Part shown: positions 9,751 through 21,700 of the stretch, one piece after another
How the letters are laid out: the number at the start of each line of letters is the position of its first letter
Numbering within the stretch: position 1 is the stretch's first letter
IMG/VR virus record: IMGVR_UViG_3300033149_000238
Length of the DNA stretch: 64,000 nt
Reading direction: 5' to 3' (one strand)
DNA from: an uncultured virus (IMG/VR IMGVR_UViG_3300033149_000238)
Taxonomy: Duplodnaviria > Heunggongvirae > Uroviricota > Caudoviricetes
Program-made: the position numbers and the translations under genes
The notes under the pieces: generated by a model
What the model was told of the DNA's origin: nothing
The model's database searches: none
What the model saw: only the letters and a program-made list of their open reading frames with translations

Positions 9751-12700
9751 ATGGAACAAAAGAATACACCTTTATCAGAAAAACTATCTGAAGAGAGAGT
9801 CCCTGGAAGTGTTGCAAATCAAACTACACCGTATGTAACGGCTAAAGATTTGTTTGACACAAGACAGTATGGAGAAGACTATCTTAAAATGGCTGATCCA
9901 GCAGGGCTATTATCTGTAGAAAGATATAAAAGTGATATGTTTAAGTTTGGACCTGATGTTTATGCAAACTTGCAAGCACCAGATCCCGGTTTAGCAGATG
10001 TAGGTTTTAATCCAGGTGGTAAAAGTGAAACATCTGATCTATCTTTAGCAGATCAATTAGTTTTAGCTGCACAAACTCCAACAAAATATTCTCAAGATAT
10101 AAATAATCCTATCTATGGTAATATTGTCAATATGAATTTTGATAGGCAATATAACCATCCTAGTTATAGTGAACTAGGTTTCAAGCCTTATGCTGATAAT
10201 GAAAGTTACTATAATGCTAACAGTAGTAAATTAGATGATTTAACAAGAGCCTTTGGTCAATTTGGAAAACAGTTTGGAACAGGTCTTACTGCATCTTGGA
10301 ATGCCATAGGAGATATGTTTGATGGTGATGGATATATAGATCAACCTGATCTAGATGGTGCATTTAATATGGAGGAAGCCATGAGAATAGGATCTACTAG
10401 TAGAGGTGGTGCTTTTGGTACAGTAACAAATGTAGGATTAAGCTTTGGTTATACAGCAGGTATAATTACATCTATAGCAATAGAAGAATTAATATTAGCA
10501 GCAGGATCAGCTGCACTTACTAGTACTGGAGTAGGAGCTCCAGGAGGGGTTGGTGCTTTTGTAGCTGGTACAGGTAGAAACTTATTTAGAGCAGGACGAC
10601 AAATAGCTAATTTATTTGATGTTAAAAGATATGCTAGTGCTGGAATGGCTATGGCTAGAACATTGAATGATGTAAAAAATGCAAGACAGCTTTTTAATGG
10701 AACTGCTCAAGCAGTAGGTAAAATATTTGCTCCTGAGGTAACCCGTGCTATATCAGAATGGAATACAACAGGAAATGCAGCACAAAATTTATTTAATCTT
10801 TCTAAGAGTAATAATTTATTTGGTGCAGCATATAGAGACTTTAGACAAGTTAACTTAGCATTAGCAGAAGGTAAGCTTGAAGCAGGTATGGTTGAAAATA
10901 GAGTACGAGATAATCAACTAAGATATCTAAATCAAATTCAACCTGGTCAACAAGTTACAGCAAAACAATTAGCAGATATAGATCAGAAGTCAAGACAAGC
11001 TGCCTTTAGAAGTCAGATGCAAAATACAGCTATCATATATTTCTCTAACAAATTATTCCTACGTGGAGCTTTACGTGGTTGGAGAAATGGACCATCTAAG
11101 AGAGTTGTAGAAAAACTTTTTAGAACAAATCCTTTGGTAGATCCATTATCAGGTAAAGCATTAAAAGGTATTTATAAACAACAAAGTAAATATATGCTTG
11201 GTGCATTAGGTCAAAAACTTAAAGTTGCCGGACTTAGAGGTGCACCACGTGTTTTTGCAGGAGCCATGTTAAGATATGGAGCAGGTGGTATAGCAGAAGG
11301 TATACAAGAAGTATCACAAGAAGCAATAGCTGCAACTAATGAGGGATATTATGGTGCTTTATTAAAAGAACCGGGAGCAGCTATAAAACCAGTATATGGT
11401 AGCTTTGCCATGGAAGGTATCAAAGATCAATTTAGTGAGCAAGGTTTTGAAACATTTATGTCAGGATTTTTAATGAGTGGACTTGCGGGTCCATATCAAC
11501 AGGTTCTCTTCCAAGGGATGCCTTACTTATATAGCAGAAGAAATAAAAATTCTAGACAAGACTATGCTTCACAAAAAGCAGCAGAGGCAGAAGTAATAAA
11601 CACAGCTGTACAACAAGCTAATGAATCTTCAATGGGACAAAGCGGTGCTGAGACAACACCTATTGAACAAATTCTAAGCCCAACACAAATGATGGCTTCT
11701 CTTTCTAAAAATACTATAGATGCACAAGATGAGGCTTTAACAGCAGGTGATAAGTATAATTGGAATAACTATATGTATTTTGGCAACTTTGCCAATCTGT
11801 TTCATAAGTTTCAAAATGGAACTATTGCATTACAAGAAGAAGAGCTTAAAGCATATAATGAATTAACTGATGAAGAATTAGTTCAAGCATTTCCTGATGA
11901 AGGTAACGCACAGAAGATAAGAGAAAAACTTGTTAAACAACAAGATCTTATTAATAAGTATGGAGAGATGTTTGATAAAAGACAGGATGTCTTTAAGAAA
12001 AGATATGAGCCTAAATTATTTACACCAGGTACTAGACAATATAATGATGAAGTAGCACTAAAGAATGCATATAAACATATGGAGATGTTTAGTATGTTTA
12101 CACAAGGAGCTTTTGAGGATGCTCTACAAAGAAAGACTAGTATAGCTAGTAAACTTTCTTCAACACCATTATTTGGCAAGATGTCTGCTAATGATGTAAC
12201 TCCTTTATTAGATAGTCAAAGCTTAGAGATTGAGATAGACCGTTTAACTCAAGAGATAGAAGTTTTACAATCTAATCTAAAAAATGTAACAGGGTTATCT
12301 GATCTAGATAAAAAAAGAGATAAGAAAAATTTAAAGGATAAACAAACAAGAAAGAAAAGATTAGAGGCTATAAGTAAAGTATACAATTCTAACTTGACAG
12401 AAAAAGGTTTCTATGATAGAAGAAAAAAGAAAAGCTTAGCTGGACCTATAAAACTCTATCTAAAGGCTTTAGCTAGTCAACAAGGTACATTTGTAGATAA
12501 TGATGCTGTAAATGAAGCTATACAAGAGATTATTGATTATGCTACTTTATCTCAAGATGCTTATGCGTTTAATCAAACTATAGATTATTTATTGGATCCT
12601 AATAAGATGGAAGACTTAATATCTAGGTCTAGAGACTATTTTAGAATGTTAGGTATAAATAAGAATGCTATTCTTAGAGCACAGATAGAAGATTATATTC

Positions 12701-15700
12701 TTAAAAATAATCAAAATAGTTTCTTAAATGAATTGGCAAAAGAAAATATTTTCTTAGATCCTAAAGAAGCAAGAGTATTTTTAGAGACAGGAGATGTAAA
12801 TAAATTAAGGACTTATATATATGCAGGCCGTGTATTGAACCCAACAGTAGTTGAGGATATGAAGATTATTAGTACAATAGTCAATCCTATTATACAAGTA
12901 TATGTTAACTCAACTTCAGTAAACAAAGTTTTAGAAGAGGCTGGTATAGAAGAAGCTGCTGTAGAAGAATCTTCTGTTGAAGTAAAAGAAACACTTAATG
13001 CAGCTGGTATAGATGTAAATATAAAAGACACATCCCAGTCAAAGAATCTACAAAGAATATATGAAAAACAATTTAGAGAATATCAAGCTAATACATTTGG
13101 TGATACTCTTTTAACTTTTAATGAATGGAAACAAAGTCCAGAAGGTCTTAATATAAAAGAAGGATTTGATTCACTAAAGAAAATATGGGGTGCTGGTATA
13201 CAAAAGTTTGATGCTAATGGTAATACAGTACAATTTATTCCTTCACAACAAGAGCTTGATGAAGAGATTGGTTTCCAAGATTTTATAAATAATGATGCAG
13301 ATACAAATCCTACTGTAAGAGATGTTCTGCAAGAGTTAGATGTAAATATATCTATATATAAAACAACTAAGGCTGCACCATCTAAAGGTGTTATTAAAGA
13401 AGGATTAGTAGTTGATTTACAAAAAAGAGTATTAGATGAAACTAATCCAGATGAAACTACTACATATGCTTTACTAGACAAAGATGGTAATTTAATTAAT
13501 GATAGAATGAAGCAGATGATAGGTACTAATGCTTCAGGAACTTTTAGTGCTTTACAAGCTGCACAAGATGCATTTGATTTATTAGAGAAAGAAGGGTCAG
13601 ATGGTACTACATTCTTATTTGGTGGTATGGTATTAAGTAGAGGAGTAAGAGTGGTTGATAACCAAGGTAATGTATTTGTAGTTAATACTAATGCTAGAGG
13701 TAATCAAACTAATCCAACTGTTATATATTTAGTTCCACAAGAACAATTCTCAGCTAACTTTTATGCTAATAGTCAAGCCGCAAAACAATTTGGACCAGTA
13801 AGAGAAGAGGACTTTATAGGTAGATATAGACTTCAAGAAGAAATAAAATTAGAACCATTAGGGCCTAACTTTGCTAAGTTACCACCTGATGAAGTAATAA
13901 GAGCATGGCCTCATCAAAATAATAGATATCAAGCTGATGAAGAAAGTAGAGAGTCAGCTGATCAAAGACTAAACTTTTTCATAGGATCTTTAAGTCCAGA
14001 GCAAGTAGATAATTTAGTTATATTTATTAAGCCTGGTACACCAAATCCAAATCCTGGATCATATCAGATACCTGGACAAGACACAGAACTAAATAAATTA
14101 CCAAATAAATATATTTTAGATAGAGGTAATGAATATTCTATAGGGATACAGATTGTAGAACCTGGAATACTACAAAGTTTAAATGCAGCTGCAATAGAGG
14201 CTGGAATAACTCCGCTAGCAGATAATGCTAATGGTGTCTTTGCTTACCTACCAAGTAATCAATTTGACTTTAGACAAGATGATGTAGTGGTTTCTCCAGA
14301 AACAATGAGTGAAGAGTTTATGCTTAGCACTATATATTTGGGTGATCAGGATCCAAGTAGTGCATTAAAAAGAGTAAGACAGAATTTTGCTACAGCAAAA
14401 ACTTTACAAGCTGCCGTTAAAAAAGCAATAGGTGATACGCAAGAAGGAACTATAGAAGTTGGTAAGTTACCTGATAATTTAAGTCTTGCAAGTTTCCAAG
14501 GGTTTCCAAATTATACAAAGCCAAACACATTTACTGAGATAGCATCTTTACCATTAGATAAAGGTGGAAGTACTTTTGTAGTATTAGATGTAGATCAAAT
14601 AAGTCTTATTCCTACTATTATAACTAACCTAGAAGATCAAACCGAGCTAGAAGAGATAATTGAAAAACAATTAATTAAGCAAGGTATATTAGATGCAGAT
14701 GGTAAATTTCAACAAGAACTAACTAACAGATATAATGTTGTGCTAAGACAGCCTAGCGGATTACTAACAGTGGCAACTGCTAGACCAAAGGCTCAACCAG
14801 CAGCAGACTTAGAGATTATATTAAATGAATATATAAATGAAGCTCAAAAAGTTTTAGAAACTAATGTTACTAGAGAGGGTAATAAGACAGAAGTCAAAGA
14901 TAAAAACATAACAAAAGAATTTAATAAAAAACAATCTAAGAAACTATTTATTAAATCTGATGTAAAAGGAAGACAGTTCTTTTTAGATGTAACTCCTTTT
15001 GGTAGTATATCTTTATCAGTAAAAGATAAAGTTAAAGGACCGGGATCTCAGATAGTAGGTGCTACTAAGTATGTACAAGTAGGTAAAACAGAATACTTAT
15101 ATAACCAAGATTTTAGTAGAGATGATAAAGGTGAAGTAGAAGTAACTGCAAAAGCAATATTCCAAAAGCTTATTGATAAAATTAACGCACCTTACATAGC
15201 AAGAGATGAAAGTCCTATTTTAAACATACAAAACTTTGGTGTATCTATTGCACAAGATGCTCCTGTATCAGATTATTTTTCTGGTTTAGAATCTGCTATA
15301 GATTCACAGAATTTTAGAAAGGGACAAAAATTAATTATTACAGCTAATTCAAAAGATGTTCAGGCTGAAGCAGATAAACCTACAATAATAGAAAGCTCTT
15401 TTGTAGAACCAGTAGCAACTACAGAAATTGATCAAGTGTTAGTGGAGAAAGATTTATTATCACCAACTAATATGCCTGATCTTGTTTCTGCATGGCTGTT
15501 AACTGAGGAAGGATCTTTAGCTAATCAAAGTGCTGCAGAGTCTGCAGGTAAATTTGCATTAGAATATAATAAGAGATTTAGTCCAACAGAAGGATTAACA
15601 GAAGAGGAAGTTACAGGAAAGGATATGTTTAATGTAGTTGGTCAAGGATTGGCTGTTATGGAAACTATATTAGATGAGATTAATAGACAGACACTAGCAA

Positions 15701-18700
15701 TAGAAGCAGTCAAATCTGAGGCTAGACTTGAAGAAGCTGTTACCTTAGATACTGTACTAAAACAGATAAAAGAATTAAAAGAAGATATAAAAGCTAAGAC
15801 AGCATCATTATCAAGTAAAGAAAAGAGACAGGCTTTAAAAGAAAACAAAAAATTACAAGCACTCTATAAGAAGAGAGATGAGTTAAGAAGTGCAAATAAG
15901 ATAGTTGACAGTAAACTTACTCCTAAAGATATAGAAGATATAAATGTCTTTACTGGTTGGATGGAAACAAACTTACCAGAGTTTATAACTATAGGTGATA
16001 TTAATGATCTAGGTAATAATCTTAAAGGCAATCAAGAACGTGTAGGTAACTTTATGATTAACATTACTGATATAGCAGGTGGTCTAGATGTTAAAGGTAC
16101 TGTATATACTGGTGCTAATAATATATTTAGATATCATGAAGCATTCCACGGTGTGTATAGAATGCTATTAACAAAGACTCAACAAGATCAGTATTTAAGT
16201 ATAGCAAGAAAAGAAAAGCTAGCTGAACTAAGAAAAGAAGGTAAAAGTCTTGCATCTGAATTACAGAAACTAAGAAACTCATGGCCTTCATACAAATCAA
16301 TGTCTAAGGATAGATTAGAAAGAGAATACTTTGAAGAATATTTAGCAGACAGATTTGAACAATTTAAACAAGATAGAAGAGGTACCAAAACAAATAGTAA
16401 GATTAAAGCTTTCTTTAATAGACTTATTGAAATTATTAAAGCTTTAGTAAATAGATTTAGAAGAAATGAACTAAATACATTATTTGAGAATATTGATGCT
16501 GGTAAGTTTTCATCAGCATCTATGGCCGTAAATGAATTTACTACTGGTGCCTATGGTGTTAGTGTTGAAGCAAACAAACTGATACCTTATGAAGCACAAT
16601 ATGAGAATAAAGAGGATGGTATTCTTTATATCCCAAGTATTGTAGCTGAACCTATCATAGATACTATGGCAGGTATATTAATTGAAAAGAAATTTAGTTT
16701 TGTACCAACCTCAGAAAAACCTACATTTATTTTAGAAGAAGAATTAGATACAATAATAGATGACTTTGCTACACTATATGATGTAGATAGCAAAGAGAAC
16801 TCTCAGTACAATCAGGATTCACCAGAAAGAATGATGTTAGAGAAGTTAACTTTAGCATTTGAAGACTTTAGTGATAACATTAAAGATTCTGTGATGAATC
16901 TTCTTGATATAATAGATCTGCAGTCTGCTCAACAGAATAGTAACAATGAGATAATTATGGCTGACGGACAGGAGTTTAGTTCTGTAGAAGATCTTGGGGG
17001 ACTAAGAACTGTATCACAGTTTGGTAAAGAAACTTATTTAACAGGAGGTTTTGATAATTTAAGTGCAAGACTAAGACAGTATATAAGTACCGTAACAATG
17101 CCAGCAACTGATTACTTTGGAAACATAGAGTTAAGTAATGGTGTGCCTTTTGTACGTCCTGTAAGAGCCAATGTTGTATACAACGGATTATTAAAAGCTT
17201 TACAAGGATTAACAGATCCTTTACAAATAATACAAAAGATGCAACTGTTTAGTGAAACAAATCCAGATACAGCTGCTGTAGTGTCAAGTATATTTGAAGA
17301 TGCTGGTATTATACCTTTAAATGAAAAGGATGAAGTAATAAATGAATTACCTCTACAACTTAAGAATCCTGATTTCTTTAATAAAGTAGTAAAAGCATTT
17401 ACTAATTTTAGAGTTGAGTGGTATTTCCAACAAAGAGATGATAATGGTAACACATTAATTCATTCAGCATCTCAAAGAGATGACGCAACTACACAAGTAG
17501 ATAATTGGAGTGAAGCTTATACTAGTAAACTTCAAGAGTGGCAAGATGACCCTAGAAAGAAAACTAGAGCACTTAAGACTTTAGCCAAAGTTAAAAACTC
17601 ATTACGTCAAGCTAATGAGAAAATTCAAAATAAAACTGTAAATAAATTAGCTAAAGATTTATCAAGAGACTTATATGAAGCAATAGGATTTAGAGTGAGT
17701 GTAGGATATATGAGGTTTAGTTTATTAAAATCTAGAGTCAAAAAATTTAAGAATCAAGAAACAGAATTAGCTTTCTATCCTAATTTAGAACCTATTACAT
17801 ATGATCAACTACAAGCTTTACAATCTTTAATTGCAGCTGGTCAAGATCCTTTTGATAAAGGTATTGAAGGAGCAGCTTCAAGAATTAAAACAATAGCACT
17901 AAATAATGCTGTGTTAGATGAAACTGTTGGGGCTAGTGTATTTAAAAACTCTAATGGAGATTTAGTAAATTCACATCAACAGCCTACTTATCATTTGGTT
18001 AAAACAAAAAAATTAAATTCTGTAGAGGAAAGAAATAGACTTAAAGAAGATCCTTTCTTAAATAATAATTATTTACTAAACTCTCAAGCATTTAATGCTT
18101 TGGCAGATAATCAACAGATTAAAATATCAAGAGTATCTGGTACTAAAATATTAAATCAATTAAGCACTGAGCTTGATCCAAATAGAAGTAGTGCACTTAA
18201 GACAACAGACTTTGGTAAATTTACTCCAGGAGAGTTTATTATAAGTAATATAAATCTTTATCTAGCTAATTTAAACTATCTTACAGATAACGTTAGTAGT
18301 TTTGTATTAGTAAAGGACCCGGTATCTGGTATAGAAACAGAAGTAGCATTATCTCCTGTACTTAATAGAGTTATAGAATCTTCAAACACTGGGGATCTTA
18401 CTACATTGCCTATTATAAAAGCTATAGAAAAGGTCAAAGGAAAAGATGTAATAACTTCTGAAGCTTTAGATGTATTCTATGATTTTGTAAAAAATGAGTA
18501 TAATAGAATTGTTAGAGAAAGAAATGCAGATGAGTTAACACAAAGTGTACAAGGATATAATTTAGAAGATTCTGAAGTAACTCCAAGAGGATTTACTTTT
18601 GCTAATAATGATTACCTTCTAGAGCCTGCAACAAAAGTAGCGTTAGAGGGTCAAGCTAAAGGTGAGCCTATATCTTTTGAACAAGCACTTAAAAACTCTG

Positions 18701-21700
18701 GTCTTAGTGTAACACAATTTAAAAATCAATTAAGAAAAAAATTAGGTGAAAGATATTTACTATTTAAAGATTTAATTGATTCTAATAATGTAAGAGAAAA
18801 GATAGATAAAAGAATTAGATTTGGTTTAAATGAAAATGCTATTGATAATGGTGTTGATGCTTTATATAATCTAAGACAAAATGATGAAGAGTATAACTTG
18901 AAACAAATATTTTTAAGTAATGCAATTAATGTAAAATCTTTAAATGAATTACTATTAGGAGATCAAGCAAAAACTTTAAAGAATTTTAATGATAAAACAA
19001 AAAGAGCTAAGGCACAGAATGGTGCTGGATTATCAGCATATACACCTTTTATAGATCCACAGAAAGGTATTAATCATGCAACAGATAAAATAAATTTAAT
19101 TACTATTAGTGAACCAACGTCTATATCAAGTATAAGTGGACAATCTATTGATAATGCAGATGCACAAATGTGGATTACTGTAAAAGCATTTAGACATTTC
19201 TTCTTTGGGTTTGGTATGCTATCAGATGCACAAGCTCAAGCATTAGACAAAGTTCAACAAGGTGAAAGATTAGAATGGTCTGAGATACAAAATCTTATTG
19301 ATCAACAAGGGATGATTAACTCTAAGAAGCTTGTTTATTTTGATGGAGAAACATTCTTAAAGATGTCAGCCTTTGTACTTACTCCTGAACTTACATCAAA
19401 GAGAAATGCAGATGGCTTATTTGTAGCAAAACCTAATGCAGTTTCTTTACATAACTTAAGAGTTAGACTAGAAGCTTTAGAAGAGGGTACTGAAACTGTT
19501 TCTATTGCGGCACCATTAAGTGCAATTAAAATGTTAAAGCAAGATATAATTCCTTATCAAGAATTAAAAATGCCTGAACCAGGTTTCTCACAGGAGAGTT
19601 CAACTTTATCTGCACAATTTATGAGACTTCAACAAATAAATCCTTCTAATAAGAAAAAGATTACTGAGTTGAGTCAAATGAAAACATTAATTACTAATGA
19701 ACAATCTCCAAGGTTAAGTAAAAAGATAGAAAGATATAATGATCTAATATCACAGAGACAAAGAATGAAGTTCTTTAATAAGAGAAATTTATCATTTGAT
19801 GAGAATAATAAATTTAATCCTGTTTTATTTAGTAAGTATGCAGTCAATTCATTAAAAGCATCACAGGTTAATTCAAATATAATTGAGTTCTTTAGTTTAG
19901 ATAAGTTTAATCAACCAAAGTATAATTTAAATAACCCATATACAATTGCTAAGTTTGAGCAATTATTCTTATCATACTTTAGTCAAGATGTATTTCAAGA
20001 GAAAGTACCTGGTACTTCTTTTGCATTAGTATCATCTTTTGGTTATCAAATTTATAGACGTGTGTTTAGTGTAGACAGTAACGGTATTCCACAAAGACAA
20101 GAAGTTTTAAGAGCAAGTGTGGTTGACAGAACAAATATACCAGTTGATACACGTACTGCAGAAGATTTGGTAGGTATAGATATTCCTAAAGAAGGGATTG
20201 TAATACTTGACCGTTTAAGATATAATATGCCAGAGTATGATGATAGTGGTAAGGCAACAGGAAATAAATATTCAGAAGGTATCTACCCTCCACAGTTTGA
20301 GTCTGTTTATAGTTTACAAGACACTGATCAATCAATTCCAAAAGTAGTAAGTGATATGTTTACAGTACGTATACCTAGTCAGGATAAACATTCTGCTATG
20401 GGTGTAAGAATGGTTGACTTTTTACCTGCTTTCTATGGATCTTCTGCTATGTTTGCAGATGAGTTAGTAGAAATAGCAGGATCAGATTTTGATATTGATG
20501 TTGGATATTCTCAAAGAAAAGATTTTTATGTAAGAGATAAAGAGTTTATAGAGTATGGAAATAACTATGAGGATTATGTAAATTATATAAACAGAGAAGT
20601 AAAAGAAGTAGGTACAATATATAACTCAGCATTAGAACTGTATAACTTGCAAGGATCTTTAATTGAAGATTCATTAACAGATATAGAAGATACATCTGCT
20701 GAGACAGCAGGGTTTAGTAGAGAATCAATTGGTGCTTTACAAGCATTAAGTCTACCAGTAACAAAACAACAATTCAATGAGTTTATAGCTGAGAATGGTT
20801 ATGCACCATATGATGCACCTATAAATAATGAAATAGTAGATATCAGAAGAGAGTTAGTAGGCAATAAGGAAATGACATCTGGTGATATGATTGCATATAG
20901 TCCAGCTAACTTAGATATTATGAAAGCAGCATGGGAAACTCTTTCAAGTGAAGCTTTTGTTCCTTCTCTAAAATCAAGAGAGATAGTTGACTTACAAAAT
21001 ATAGATGACATGGCTGGTCAAACAATAGCATTCACTAATAATAAGGGTGCATCTATTGGGTCTGTTGTAAGTCCAAACTTGTATTTAAGTCTTATTGTAC
21101 AAAGAGGAATTCTTCTTGATAGACAATCATTTAATTTAGATGGGGAATTCTATAGTACATTTAAGGGTTCTAAAACTAAAGATGGAGCTAGAAAACAAGA
21201 TATTATATCTTCTGTGGTTACTATGATGACTGACAATGCTAAAGAATATTTTGTTGCTAAGTTGGGTTTAAACTCACATGCTACACGTATGCTTACTAAT
21301 ATGATAGCTATAGGCGTACCATTAAATACATCTTTATTGTTATTAAATAATCAGTTTATCCAACAACAATATACAGAAATAGCTAATAGTGATATAGCTA
21401 CTAAAGGTATAAAAGGACGTGTAGATGATCAGCTGGCAGAGCTTGAAAAAGTAAAAGCTTTAGAGCCTACACAAGAAATACTAATAGCTGGTGTAGATAA
21501 TATGAGTAATTTGACTGCTGGTCAACAGAAAGGTATCTTAAGTGTATTTAAAAATATAATGCGGATAAGTGATTTTACTGCTAAATTAAATAGTGTACTA
21601 AGTTTAAATAATGGTTTAGGAAAAGACATGTTAAGATTAGACAAGAGAAAATCTGATATAAATGACATGCTGGAAGAGGGAAGAGATGAATTACCATTGT